Below, in pieces: positions 18,032 to 28,048 of a DNA stretch of 64,000 nucleotides (the first letter of the stretch is position 1; the number at the start of each line of letters is the position of its first letter). Below the pieces are notes generated by a model. The model was not told where the DNA came from. It did no database searches and saw nothing but the letters and a program-made list of their open reading frames with translations. Location: the NCBI GenBank assembly GCA_964576115.1, contig CAZNUA010000015.1:1-64000 (forward strand). The letters are read 5' to 3'. Position numbers and translations under genes: made by a program. Source of the DNA: an uncultured Gemmatimonadota bacterium. Its GTDB lineage: Bacteria > Blakebacterota > Blakebacteria > Blakebacterales > Blakebacteraceae.

Positions 18032-18836
18032 GGACTTGAAAACCCGCTTCGGGGCCGCCCTGGCCCTGCTGCGCGAGCGCCGGCCGCTCGTGCACCAGAT
18101 CACCAACTACGTCGTCATGAACGATACCGCCAACGTGACTCTGCACGTGGGAGCCTCGCCGGTCATGGCTCATGCCACCGAAGAGGTCGCCGACATGGTC
18201 GCCCTGGCCGGTGCGCTGGTCCTCAATCCCGGCACCCTCGAACCGGACTGGGTCGAGGCGATGCTCATCGCCGGCCGCCGGGCGGGTGAGCTGAAGGTAC
18301 CGATCGTGCTCGATCCGGTCGGTGCCGGGGCCACCCCCTATCGCACCGAGTCGAACCTGCGCCTGCTGACCGAACTCGACCTGACCATCGTCCGGGGCAA
18401 CTCGGGCGAGATCGGCGCCCTGTCGGGCGCCGGCGGCGAGGTGGTGGGGGTCGACAGCGTCGCCGGGGTGGATGACCCTGCCGCCGTGGCGGCCGACGCC
18501 GCCCGGACCTGGAATTGTACCGTGGCCATCACCGGCGAGCGCGATATCGTATCGGACGGGGAGCGGACCGTAGCGATCGACAACGGCCACCACTGGCTGA
18601 CCACCCTGACCGGCACCGGTTGCAGCTCGACCACCGTGACCGGCGCCTTCGCCGCGGTGGAGGAGGATCCCCTCGTCGCCGCCGCTGCGGCCCTGGCCTG
18701 TTTCGGTCTGGCCGCCGAAGTGGGCGCCGAAGGAGCGGTCGGTCCGGCTTCGTTCAAGACCTGTCTCTACGACGCCCTCTACAACCTGACGCCCGAGAAA
18801 CTCGAAGCGGGAGCGAAAGTCGTCGTTCTCGACTGA
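18021..18836 (+). CDS. thiM: Hydroxyethylthiazole kinase
   Basis: PLVHQITNYV, GASPVMA, VLDPVGAGAT, RGNSGEI, TGTGC. Confidence 0.95.
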   Translation: MQAEDLKTRFGAALALLRERRPLVHQITNYVVMNDTANVTLHVGASPVMAHATEEVADMVALAGALVLNPGTLEPDWVEAMLIAGRRAGELKVPIVLDPVGAGATPYRTESNLRLLTELDLTIVRGNSGEIGALSGAGGEVVGVDSVAGVDDPAAVAADAARTWNCTVAITGERDIVSDGERTVAIDNGHHWLTTLTGTGCSSTTVTGAFAAVEEDPLVAAAAALACFGLAAEVGAEGAVGPASFKTCLYDALYNLTPEKLEAGAKVVVLD

Positions 18837-18875
18837 AACCCGCCCCGGCCCCTGCCCCGAAGGGAGAACGCGTTC

Positions 18876-21044
18876 ATGAATCCGGCCCCCCGTTTCCGTT
18901 CCGTTCGTTTCGTCCCGGCGATTCTTCTCGCCGTGACGGTTCTCATACCGGTTTCCGTTACACCCGCCGCCGGGCAGGCCCTGCGCACCCCGCTCTCGCA
19001 GGACCTCCTCGACCTGCTGACCGACGAGATCTCGGGACAGATGGCCTTCAACAACGAAGTCCTGCTGGCCGGCGCTCCCTGGATCCGGTCCGAAAGCGAG
19101 TTCACCGACACCTTCTGGGAATCGGAGCACATCGTCGAGCTGGCCCGGGGGTACGGGGTCGAAGACATCGATCTGATCCGGCAATCGAGCGAGCGGACGT
19201 TCGACTACCCCCTCGAGGCCGAATTCTGGCTCGATTCACCGCAGCGGCGGCTCGTGGCCCGTCTGGGAGCCGATGCCGCCCTGGTTGCCCGCGGCACGGT
19301 CACCAGCGACGTGGCCGGCGAGCTGATCTACATCCCGCCCCTGGACCAGGAGGAGATCGAGGCGGTCCTGGCCGGGCGGGCCGGGACCGATTGGGCCGGT
19401 ACAATCGCCCTGATGTGGTCGCACGCCCGAGGCAATGTGGCCCGGGCGCTCGATGCCGCCGGCGTACAGGGCGTGATTTCCTTCTCCTCGCGCGACCGTT
19501 ATCTCGACCCCGGCCAGGTGGTCTACTCCTCAGGCACCTATGGACAGGAAAACCTGAAGCTCGGCTTCACCGTCTCGTGGCGGCAGTGGTCCGAACTGCT
19601 CGAGGATGTCGAGGCCGGCCGGCACCCGATGGCACACTGCACGGCCCGGGTCGAGGAATTCCCCGACAAGTTCGAGACCGTCTGGGCGCGTGTACCCGGT
19701 ACCGAGCCCGATGCTCCCGGCGTGATCTTCACCGCCCATCTCTTCGAGGGCTATACCAAGCGCGGGGCCAACGACAACATGAGCGGTTGCGTGATCCAGC
19801 TCGAGATCCTGCGCGCCCTGACCCATCTGATCGAGAGCGGAGAACTCCCCCGCCCCCGGCGAACGATCCACTTCCTCTGGCCGAACGAGATCTCGGGCAC
19901 CTACCGCTTCATCGAAACCCATCCCGAACTGGTCGATGCCTGGAGTATCAACATCAACATGGACATGGTCGGGGAGGCCCTGCGCCTGAACAACTCGTGG
20001 TTCACCATGAGCGAGTGCCCCAACCACCTGCCCAGCTACCTCGACGGCCTGGCGGCCTCGATCCTGAACTACGTCTGGCGCACCAACGACATCGTCTACC
20101 TGCCCGATTCCCCCCACGGCCGCTCCGGCGGGCAGTTCTTCCCCCGCCCGCTGGTCGAGAAAAACGGATCGACCGACGCCTTTCGCTTCTACATCCATCG
20201 GGCCACCGGCGGCAGCGACCACCTCTGTTTCAACAACCAGTCGGTCCAGGTACCGGGGATCGAGTTCTTCACATGGCCCGACCAGTGGTACCACGCCGAC
20301 ACCGACACCCCCGACAAGTCCGACCCCACCCAGATGAAGCGGGTGGCTTTCATCGGAGCCGCCTGCGCCTGGGCGGCGGCGCATTGCACCGACGAAGTCC
20401 TCGACGGCCTGCTGACCGAGGTGGCCGAATTCGGCTATTCCCGGGTGGCCGACCGGGAACTGCCCCGGGCATTGACCATGATCGAGGAGGCCGGCGCCGG
20501 GGAACTCCCGGCGACCTTCGAACGGGCCCTGAACCTGGTCGACTTCGCCGTTCAGAGGGAAATCGAAGCCCTGCTGTCGCTCAGGGAGATCTATTCCGGT
20601 TCGCCCCGGGCCGTGTCGGCTGTCGACGCCCGGACCGAGCAGATGCGCCTGTTCGGGCGCGGTCTGCAGGAACAGATTGCCGGCTACGCCGGCGTGCGGG
20701 CCGAGGCTCTGGGAACCGCCGCTCCCCGCCAGGCGCGCCCGACCCGGCGCGAACGCGAACTCGAGGCTGTCTTCCCGACCATGACTGAAGCCGTGAAAGG
20801 CCGGGTCTTCAGCCTCGGGGACTTCGAGCCCTTCCGGGAGTACACCGAAGCCCACCCCGAGGCTGCCGCAGAGACCGGGATCGACGAACGCACTCTGCGT
20901 ACCGTTCTCAATTACATCAGCGGCGAGCGTTCGATCACTCGGATCCGTGACAGCGTGGCGGCCGAGAGCGGTCAGGAGATCGACCTCGAGGGCCTCTACC
21001 GCCTCTTCGAGATTCTGAAGGAGACCGGCTGGGTCAGCTGGTAG
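18876..21044 (+). CDS. Secreted M28/DUF4910-like aminopeptidase
   Basis: Signal peptide; AHL, GANDNMSG, NEISG, NMDMVG, GGSDH, WYHADTD. Confidence 0.8.
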   Translation: MNPAPRFRSVRFVPAILLAVTVLIPVSVTPAAGQALRTPLSQDLLDLLTDEISGQMAFNNEVLLAGAPWIRSESEFTDTFWESEHIVELARGYGVEDIDLIRQSSERTFDYPLEAEFWLDSPQRRLVARLGADAALVARGTVTSDVAGELIYIPPLDQEEIEAVLAGRAGTDWAGTIALMWSHARGNVARALDAAGVQGVISFSSRDRYLDPGQVVYSSGTYGQENLKLGFTVSWRQWSELLEDVEAGRHPMAHCTARVEEFPDKFETVWARVPGTEPDAPGVIFTAHLFEGYTKRGANDNMSGCVIQLEILRALTHLIESGELPRPRRTIHFLWPNEISGTYRFIETHPELVDAWSININMDMVGEALRLNNSWFTMSECPNHLPSYLDGLAASILNYVWRTNDIVYLPDSPHGRSGGQFFPRPLVEKNGSTDAFRFYIHRATGGSDHLCFNNQSVQVPGIEFFTWPDQWYHADTDTPDKSDPTQMKRVAFIGAACAWAAAHCTDEVLDGLLTEVAEFGYSRVADRELPRALTMIEEAGAGELPATFERALNLVDFAVQREIEALLSLREIYSGSPRAVSAVDARTEQMRLFGRGLQEQIAGYAGVRAEALGTAAPRQARPTRRERELEAVFPTMTEAVKGRVFSLGDFEPFREYTEAHPEAAAETGIDERTLRTVLNYISGERSITRIRDSVAAESGQEIDLEGLYRLFEILKETGWVSW

Positions 21045-21083
21045 GAGATTCTTCCACAGCTCCGATCAGGGCTGTACAGTCGA

Positions 21084-22484
21084 TCAGTCTGAGGGAGGTC
21101 CGGCCAGCCGCCGGCTCTGGGCCCGGCCGAGCCAGAGAGCCACCCCGAGCCAGAGGATGGACAGCGGCACGGCCGTAAAGGCGATGGCCGACATGGTCAG
21201 GCCGATGGCGTGCAGGGCTGTCTGGGCCCACCCAGCGATGGCATCAGCCGCCCGGTAGACGGTCGTGTCCATGAAGTTCTTGGCTTTGTAGCGATCCTCG
21301 CGCGAAACGACAGTATAGAGGGTCTCGCGGGCCGGACGGGCCACGGCGTAGTTGGTGGCCCGCCGCAGGGTCTGGAAGACCACTAACACGACCAGCGTCT
21401 GCCAGAAGCCCAGAGCGGTGAAGCCGATCACACAGAGGATCGGCAGGATCGCCAGGGTCAATCCCACTCCCAGCAGCCTGATGATCCGGCCGGTGAAGAA
21501 GAGCTGGGTCAGCAGGGTCAGGGCATTCACGGCCACATCGATGCGGGCGAAGAAGGCGGTCTGGACCGCCCGGTCGGTAAAGGTGACGGCGACTATCGAG
21601 GCCTGCTGCATATAGAGGATGGTCGAGATGATGGGGAAAAGCAGCATGTAGGCGCAGATTCCCAGCAGGTAGGGCGAGCGCACCAGGTTGGTGATCCCCG
21701 CCAGGATTGAACCTCCGAGCGGTTTCTCTCCAGCGCCGGCTCCCGGACCGGTGCCGGCGTTTTCACCCGCTTCCGCCGCCGGCCGGGGCACCTGCTCGCC
21801 GGGATCGGTCGGAACCTCGAGCAGCGGGGTCATCGGGGTGCTCTTGAGAGAGTCCACCACACCGATCAGTCGGCGCATCGCCACCACCCCGCCCTGCAGG
21901 ACCACCGCCGAGAGCAGCAGCAGACCCACCGGACCCAGGGGTGTGGCCAGCAAGGCGGTCAACCCCGAGCCGGCCAGCCCTCCGAGGGTTCCCCCTGCGC
22001 CGATGAAGCCGAAGAGACGCTTGCCCTGGGCGGTTGTGAAGAGGTCGGTCATGACCGACCAGAAAACCGAGACGCTGAAGAGACTGAAGACAGCCGTCCA
22101 GATATAGAAAATCCGCCCGACCCAGATATTGGCAGCTTCGGATACCACGGCCAGTATCAGAGCGAAGAGGACCAGGTTGAGGCTGAAGAAGCCGTAGGTC
22201 CAGGTCACCGCCCGGCGGCGGGGCAGCTTTGCCACCAGGGCGGCGAAGGGCGGATGAAGGACGAGCATGGCGACGAGCGTGCCGGTGAACAGCCAGGGGA
22301 TGTTCCACACCCCTCCGGCCACCCCCATTTCCTCGCGCACCGGCCGGATCAGGTAATAAGAGCCGAGGACGAAGAAGAAAAACACACAGGAAATGAACAG
22401 GGCCCGCTTCTCTTCCGCCCTGATCTCGACGACGCGCTGTATCAGAGAAGTGCCGCGGGTTTCAGTCGCCGGTGACGTGCCCAT
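21084..22484 (-). CDS. NTT/TLC (ATP/ADP translocase-like) MFS transporter
   Basis: YYLIRPVRE, SVFWS, QGKRLFG, RPARETLYTVVSREDRYKAKNFMDT. Confidence 0.85.
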   Translation of the reverse strand: MGTSPATETRGTSLIQRVVEIRAEEKRALFISCVFFFFVLGSYYLIRPVREEMGVAGGVWNIPWLFTGTLVAMLVLHPPFAALVAKLPRRRAVTWTYGFFSLNLVLFALILAVVSEAANIWVGRIFYIWTAVFSLFSVSVFWSVMTDLFTTAQGKRLFGFIGAGGTLGGLAGSGLTALLATPLGPVGLLLLSAVVLQGGVVAMRRLIGVVDSLKSTPMTPLLEVPTDPGEQVPRPAAEAGENAGTGPGAGAGEKPLGGSILAGITNLVRSPYLLGICAYMLLFPIISTILYMQQASIVAVTFTDRAVQTAFFARIDVAVNALTLLTQLFFTGRIIRLLGVGLTLAILPILCVIGFTALGFWQTLVVLVVFQTLRRATNYAVARPARETLYTVVSREDRYKAKNFMDTTVYRAADAIAGWAQTALHAIGLTMSAIAFTAVPLSILWLGVALWLGRAQSRRLAGPPSD

Positions 22485-22498
22485 GCCCGGGGTGCCGG

Positions 22499-23626
22499 TC
22501 AGGCGTCGGGGTGATCGGCGTGCCAGGCTTCGAGCACTTCGGCCTCGCGTTCGGCGCTCAGCCCGGCGCGCATGTTCTCCTGTTCTTCGGCCGGGCGGGT
22601 CCTGTGCCAGGCCACAGTATCGCGGGTGGTCACGGCCAAGGGCCGGAAGGTGAGCCCCTTTTCGAGCGCTCGGGCGATACTGAAGCGGCTGAAGCCCTCC
22701 ATCCCCTCCACCTCGGGGTACCAGACCGGCATGTGCGACCAGGGCCGCACGCTATGCTCGGCCAGCCACTCGGCATCGGCCCAGGTGAAGACGGCATCCG
22801 AATCCAGAGCGTCTTTCATGCCGGTGAGCATGTCCCGCATCGGCAGGGGCTGCTCGGGCCCGGTGGCGTTGTAGATGCCGAAATACCGGTTCTCGGCCAC
22901 CGAGATCATCCACTGGCCCAGGTCGCGGGCGTCGATGAACTGCACCACGTCACTGCCGTCGCCCGGGGCCAGCACCTCCCCGCCCCGGTCGACCCGCACC
23001 GGCCAGTAGGTAAAGCGGTCCGAGGGATCCATCGGGCCGACGATCAACCCCGGGCGCACGATCGTGGTCCGTCCCGGAAAGGCTTTCTCGGCCTCGCCTT
23101 CGGCCAGGGCCTTGAGCGGTCCGTAGGTATTCCCGTCCACTACCTCGATGGTGGGATCGTCGATGGTACACAGCTCGCCGGTCTCCTCCTGATCGATGAT
23201 CGAGTTGTCGGCATAGACCGAAAGGGTCGACACGAAGATGAAATGGTCTGTGGCGTCTTTGAGCACCTCGCCGACGGTACGCACCCAGCGTGGCAGGGTG
23301 GTCGGATTGTCGATCACAACATCCCACTCACGCCCCCGGAGAGCCTCGAGATCGTCGTTGCGGTCACCAATCAGCTTTTCGACCTCGGGGAAGAGCTGGG
23401 GGTTGGTGCGCCCCCGGTTGAACAGCGTGATGGTATGACCCCGCTCGAGGGCGTACTCGACTTGGGCCGGACCGATGAAACGGGTGCCGCCGAGGATGAG
23501 GATCCGCAGGGGATTGCGGGCCCGGCGAACCCGGCTCCCCGAGCCACCGCAGCCCGCCGCTCCCAGGGCCAGGGCCCCGCCGGCCAGGGCGGTGGTCTGC
23601 ACGAAACGCCGTCTGGTCGTGCTCAT
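22499..23626 (-). CDS. NAD-dependent epimerase/dehydratase (atypical SDR) with Tat-lipoprotein signal
   Basis: TRRRFV..AAGC; ILGGTRFIG; YGPLK; VRPGLIVGP.D. Confidence 0.88.
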   Translation of the reverse strand: MSTTRRRFVQTTALAGGALALGAAGCGGSGSRVRRARNPLRILILGGTRFIGPAQVEYALERGHTITLFNRGRTNPQLFPEVEKLIGDRNDDLEALRGREWDVVIDNPTTLPRWVRTVGEVLKDATDHFIFVSTLSVYADNSIIDQEETGELCTIDDPTIEVVDGNTYGPLKALAEGEAEKAFPGRTTIVRPGLIVGPMDPSDRFTYWPVRVDRGGEVLAPGDGSDVVQFIDARDLGQWMISVAENRYFGIYNATGPEQPLPMRDMLTGMKDALDSDAVFTWADAEWLAEHSVRPWSHMPVWYPEVEGMEGFSRFSIARALEKGLTFRPLAVTTRDTVAWHRTRPAEEQENMRAGLSAEREAEVLEAWHADHPDA

Positions 23627-23711
23627 CGTCTCATCCTCTCGTCAGGGAGAAGGTGCGTTATCCGACCGGTGAGAAAGTAACCGCGCGCCTAGTACCCGAC
23701 AAGCGCCCTGT

Positions 23712-26273
23712 TCACTCCGGCAGGCGGCACAGGACCACCACGGTAATATCGTCGGACTGCATGATACCGGCACTGAATTCGGCCACTGCCTCCATGATCG
23801 CATCGCGGAGCGCGGCCGCACTCTCGCCTGCCGCGGCTTCTACAAGATCGTAGAGGCGCTCCTCGCCGAACATGTTCTCTTCCTCGCCCCATCCATCCTC
23901 ATCGTCATCATCGGCGTCGGTGTCATGTTCGACGGTGGTTTTTTTAACCGGGACGACCATTTCCTCTCCCACACCACTCTCACCACCGACGCCGGGAGTT
24001 TCAGCCATGGGGGCCAAAGCGTCTTCGGCCGCCGCCTCTGCCTGCGGTCCGACCGCTTCCGAGACACCGTCGGTATACATCACGATCACGTCGCCTGGAT
24101 CGAGCTCGACCGTCGCTTCCTCGTAAGCTATCCCGCCCATCATGCCGACCACGATGCCCCCCTCTTCGAGGAACTCGCGGCGGCCGTTGGCCCGCTGCAC
24201 GATGGGTGGATTGTGCCCGGCATTGCAGTAGGTGAAGCGAGCGGTGGTACGGTCGAGCACCCCATAGAAAAAAGTGGCGTACATGTGCACTTCGGATGAT
24301 CTGACCAGCAGTTCGTTCACCCGGCCCACCACCGCGGCCACATTGCCGGGATGAATCACCTGCCCCTGCAGGGCCGCCTGCAGGTTGGCCATGAGCAGGG
24401 CGGCCGGAATCCCCTTGCCCGACACGTCGGCGATCGCCACCCCCAGGCGGCTTTCACCGGTCTCGATGAAGTCGAAGTAATCCCCTCCCACCTGCCGGCT
24501 GGGGATCGAGGTGGCGGCGAACTCGAAGCCGGGCACGGCGGGCATATCGTGCGGCAGGAGCTTCTCCTGGATGCTGCGGGCGGTCTCGAGCTCCTTCTCC
24601 AGGCGCTCGCGGGCCAAAGCCTCCTCCCGTCCGTTCTGCACCGCCACCGTCATCTCGTTGAAGCTGGCGGCCAGATCGCCGAACTCGTCCTGGTTGGGGA
24701 TCTCGATCTGCGTTTCCAGATCCCCTGCGGCCAACCGCAGGGTGCCGGCGTGCAGGACACTCACCGCCGAAGTGACTCCGCGGGTGATGCGGATACCGAG
24801 GAAGAGCGCTCCGAGTTCAATGATGAGGAGAATCACTGCGAAAACGATGAGGACCACCAGCAGCGCCTGATCAACCAGTTCCGGGCCGCTGACAGCCGTG
24901 GCAAGAAACCGCCACGGCGACGTAGTGAGCAACAGCATCAGGGCATCCGTTTCCAGAACGCCCTCGTCGAGAACCAGGCAGGGAACGAAGGTCATGCCCG
25001 GGTTCCAGGTGAGTCCATCAGTTCCAAACTCCGGATCACGCTCTGCGGGTACCGTGAAACCGCGCAGGCTGAGGGGACCGGGCCACCCGCCCGCCCGTGC
25101 GACAGCTGCCAGAGAGTCGGGAGGCGATGCATGACCTCCGCGCAGGGATAGATCGGAATCCAGACGCTGCGCGATCCGGTCCATGAAGGCTTCATCGAGC
25201 CGCACTCCCCGAACCTGCAGGTCCGGCTCGTACACCCCCTCGAGAAAGAGAACCCAGAGTTCTTCCCCGACCTGGAAGAGGAAGGTGGAATCGGCCGGCG
25301 TCCACGCAATACCGCTCAGGGTATCGCTCTCGCCGCCGATGGTGATCGTGAATCCGGTCTGGTCGGGTCGTTGATAGAACACGAGCGGACCGGCGGGATC
25401 GCCGCCGCCGCTCGATGAATCGGCCTCCGTCGGCTGAGGGGAGACAGCTGCGGTCAGAGACGTCAACCAGGGAGGTGAAGCCGTACCTGTCAGGCGGGGA
25501 CCGTCACGTCCGGTCGTCAGTGCGAAATGATCGCTACGGGCCGGGAGCTGGTGGGTCAGCAGGGCGATCGCCTCGGCCTGGAGAATCCGGACGGCGAGCA
25601 GAGAACGATCGCGAACGAGAATGGCATTCAAGGACAGAATCGAGAAGAGCAGGATCAGGACGATGGGAACGACCGCCAGGAAGAAGGCCGTCACGGCCAG
25701 TTTCGGCTTCAGACGCATGAAGTGCAGGCGCATCGAAAAGAACAGGTGCACGGCCGTAAAAGCGCAGAAGACCTTGAACGACCAGAGCGCCCATAGGCCG
25801 CCGGCATAGGCGAAACGCGCCAGCCGCCCTGCTTCCTCCGGTGCCCCGAGCGCTCCCGGCAGGATGATCATGAAGGCCAGACTGCCCAGACCCAGCATGA
25901 TGCGGCGCTGCGAGGTCAGGTAGCGGTAGGGCCGGTAGAGCCGGAAGGTCAGGAAGGCGATGCTCATGAGCAGGGCGACGACGAAACGGGCCTCGAAATC
26001 GCCAAAGATCACCAGCCAGAAGAGAGCCAGCCCGAGCCAGACGATCCAGAAAATCCGCAAGCGGGTTTTTAGAAGGAGCAACCGGATGGCGGCGTACCAG
26101 GCCCACCCGGCTGTCAGCAGGGCGGCTGCCCAGGTCAGCATCCGCCCCGGTCCGATGAGTTCCACCGCCAGGGTGGCCACCGCACACCCGACGGCGATAT
26201 GGATGATCCGGCGCCAGGTCCGGGCGTTCAGCTCGTTCCCGAACGGCACTCCGGCTGTTTCAGCTTGCTTCAT
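23712..26273 (-). CDS. Membrane PP2C/SpoIIE (RsbU-like) phosphatase with HAMP domain
   Basis: DEFGDLAASFNEM; VGGDYFD, ADVSGKG, NAGH, YTDG, DDIT. Start MKQAET overlaps the upstream stop. Confidence 0.9.
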   Translation of the reverse strand: MKQAETAGVPFGNELNARTWRRIIHIAVGCAVATLAVELIGPGRMLTWAAALLTAGWAWYAAIRLLLLKTRLRIFWIVWLGLALFWLVIFGDFEARFVVALLMSIAFLTFRLYRPYRYLTSQRRIMLGLGSLAFMIILPGALGAPEEAGRLARFAYAGGLWALWSFKVFCAFTAVHLFFSMRLHFMRLKPKLAVTAFFLAVVPIVLILLFSILSLNAILVRDRSLLAVRILQAEAIALLTHQLPARSDHFALTTGRDGPRLTGTASPPWLTSLTAAVSPQPTEADSSSGGGDPAGPLVFYQRPDQTGFTITIGGESDTLSGIAWTPADSTFLFQVGEELWVLFLEGVYEPDLQVRGVRLDEAFMDRIAQRLDSDLSLRGGHASPPDSLAAVARAGGWPGPLSLRGFTVPAERDPEFGTDGLTWNPGMTFVPCLVLDEGVLETDALMLLLTTSPWRFLATAVSGPELVDQALLVVLIVFAVILLIIELGALFLGIRITRGVTSAVSVLHAGTLRLAAGDLETQIEIPNQDEFGDLAASFNEMTVAVQNGREEALARERLEKELETARSIQEKLLPHDMPAVPGFEFAATSIPSRQVGGDYFDFIETGESRLGVAIADVSGKGIPAALLMANLQAALQGQVIHPGNVAAVVGRVNELLVRSSEVHMYATFFYGVLDRTTARFTYCNAGHNPPIVQRANGRREFLEEGGIVVGMMGGIAYEEATVELDPGDVIVMYTDGVSEAVGPQAEAAAEDALAPMAETPGVGGESGVGEEMVVPVKKTTVEHDTDADDDDEDGWGEEENMFGEERLYDLVEAAAGESAAALRDAIMEAVAEFSAGIMQSDDITVVVLCRLPE

Positions 26274-26839
26274 TCCACCTCCACCCGGCGGGCCATGATC
26301 CACATCACGTGTCCGGCCTTTTCTATACGGGTGGTGAGCCCGTGGCTTTCGAGGATCCTCATGATCCGCTCGCCCCGCAGGAACCGGCTGCCCATCAGAG
26401 CCAGGTTCTCGGCCAGGGCCAGGAGCTTGACCGGGAAGCGGCTGATATCGGGTTCCTCGATCACCATCAGGCCGCCGGGAGCCAGTACCCGGGCCAGATC
26501 GGCCAGCGCCCCGGTCCGGTTGCAGAAATGATGCAGGGCATCCACGACCACGATCCGCTTGAAGGTGCCGTCGGCGAAAGGGAGGCACTCGACATGGGCG
26601 GCGAGCGGCCACAATTCCGTCTTGCGTTGCGCTTCGCGCAACATCGGCAGGGAGAGATCGCTGACCACCACGCTGCGGCACAGCGGCCGAAGCTGTCCGG
26701 TGACCCGACCGGTGCCGCCACCGGCATCGAGCAGGCACAGATCCGGGTCGAGTTCGAGAAACGCCGTCAGACGCTCGAGATCGGGTGTTTTGATCACCCG
26801 GTCGTAAAAGCGTGCGATGAGATCGAAGTGTCGGTTCAT
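26270..26839 (-). CDS. Class I SAM-dependent methyltransferase (UbiE-like)
   Basis: LDAGGGTG, LPFADGTF, DALHH, RVLAPGG. Confidence 0.9.
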   Translation of the reverse strand: MNRHFDLIARFYDRVIKTPDLERLTAFLELDPDLCLLDAGGGTGRVTGQLRPLCRSVVVSDLSLPMLREAQRKTELWPLAAHVECLPFADGTFKRIVVVDALHHFCNRTGALADLARVLAPGGLMVIEEPDISRFPVKLLALAENLALMGSRFLRGERIMRILESHGLTTRIEKAGHVMWIMARRVEVE

Positions 26840-26988
26840 GGTCACCGCAGGATAGCAAAGAGCCGGGAAAATGATACAATGATGTCCCCGGCCTGCGCCT
26901 GTGGACTCCGGGCGCAATAATCTGCCAGGGAAGAGAACCGGGGTCCGAGCAGGGTCCGAAACAGGAGGCAGGCCCCCACGTGAACGGA

Positions 26989-27288
26989 ATGTCCGACTAC
27001 GCCGGAGTCATCGTCTTTGGTTTGATCTTCATCGCCCTGGCGCTCTTCCTGTTCGGTATCTGGCGGAAGATCCGGCGACGGACCGGGAGCGCCACGGTCA
27101 TGCTCGGGGCCATGCATAATATCCTGAACGAGGACATGCAGCGGGCTGCCGAAGTGCTCGTCGAACGCGAAGCCGGAAAGAAGATGGGGGAGGAAGAGTC
27201 GGGAGAAGGGAAAGAGAAGGGAGGGGGAGCGGGAGAGGGAGAGGAAGAGGGAGAAAGGCAGAACGAGGGAAATGAAGATGCTGGCTGA
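26989..27288 (+). CDS. Small single-TM hypothetical protein with Gly/Glu-rich tail
   Basis: RBS CAGGAGG, one TM helix, overlaps the next gene. Start 26980 or 26989. Confidence 0.6.
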   Translation: MSDYAGVIVFGLIFIALALFLFGIWRKIRRRTGSATVMLGAMHNILNEDMQRAAEVLVEREAGKKMGEEESGEGKEKGGGAGEGEEEGERQNEGNEDAG

Positions 27289-27922
27289 TATTCCCGGCCT
27301 GCCCTGGATCGTCCTGACCGCCGCGGCGGTGCCGGTCTACCTGATCTTCGAGAAACGGGAGAACCGACCGGGCAAGGCTGTCGTCAAGCCTTTGGCCTCG
27401 CTGGGTTTCCTCGGCCTGGCCCTGACGGCCGGAGCGCTCGCAAACCCGTGGGGGATTCTGCTCCTGAGCGGGCTGGCCTTCTGCACCGCGGGCGATCTCT
27501 TCCTGCTCAGCCGGGCCCGCAACCTCTTTCTAGCCGGCCTAGTCAGCTTTCTGACCGGACACGTTCTCTACTGCGCCGCGTTCCTGATGCGGGGACCGGC
27601 CCCCACCCCGGTGCTCATCGCCGTTGTCGTTCTCGTCCTCCCGGCGGCCTTCGTCTGGCGCTGGCTGCAGCCCCGACTGGCCGCCGGTATGCGCGGCCCG
27701 GTGCTGGCGTACGTGATCGTCATCTCGCTCATGTTGGCCCTGTCGATCGGGGCGCCCGGTACGGGCGTGCCCGGGCGGGTCGTTGCCGGAGCCGCGGCTT
27801 TCTATCTGTCCGATATCGCCGTAGCCCGCGACCGTTTCGTCGCACCGGGTTTCGGCAACCGCCTGTGGGGACTACCCCTGTACTACCTGGGCCAGCTCCT
27901 GATCGCCTCCTGTGCCGGGTGA
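27272..27922 (+). CDS. Lysoplasmalogenase (YhhN family)
   Basis: KP, GDLFL, FL.GH..Y, PVLAY, FYLSD, YYLGQ. Confidence 0.9.
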   Translation: MKMLADIPGLPWIVLTAAAVPVYLIFEKRENRPGKAVVKPLASLGFLGLALTAGALANPWGILLLSGLAFCTAGDLFLLSRARNLFLAGLVSFLTGHVLYCAAFLMRGPAPTPVLIAVVVLVLPAAFVWRWLQPRLAAGMRGPVLAYVIVISLMLALSIGAPGTGVPGRVVAGAAAFYLSDIAVARDRFVAPGFGNRLWGLPLYYLGQLLIASCAG

Positions 27923-28048
27923 AGCCGTGCTTCGGGGCCGGAAAACAGAGAGCGGCTGTATCAAGGGGAGAAAAAGGCCTGAACTCCCGATGGGATTCAT
28001 CCGTCCCACCAGCGGAGTTGCCGTCGTGACCGGCGACCGAACCCCGTC

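Noticed and set aside
23712-26879. 1055-aa ORF as one protein
   Set aside because: The N-terminal ~200 aa overlap the methyltransferase in another frame; the real start is likely 26273.
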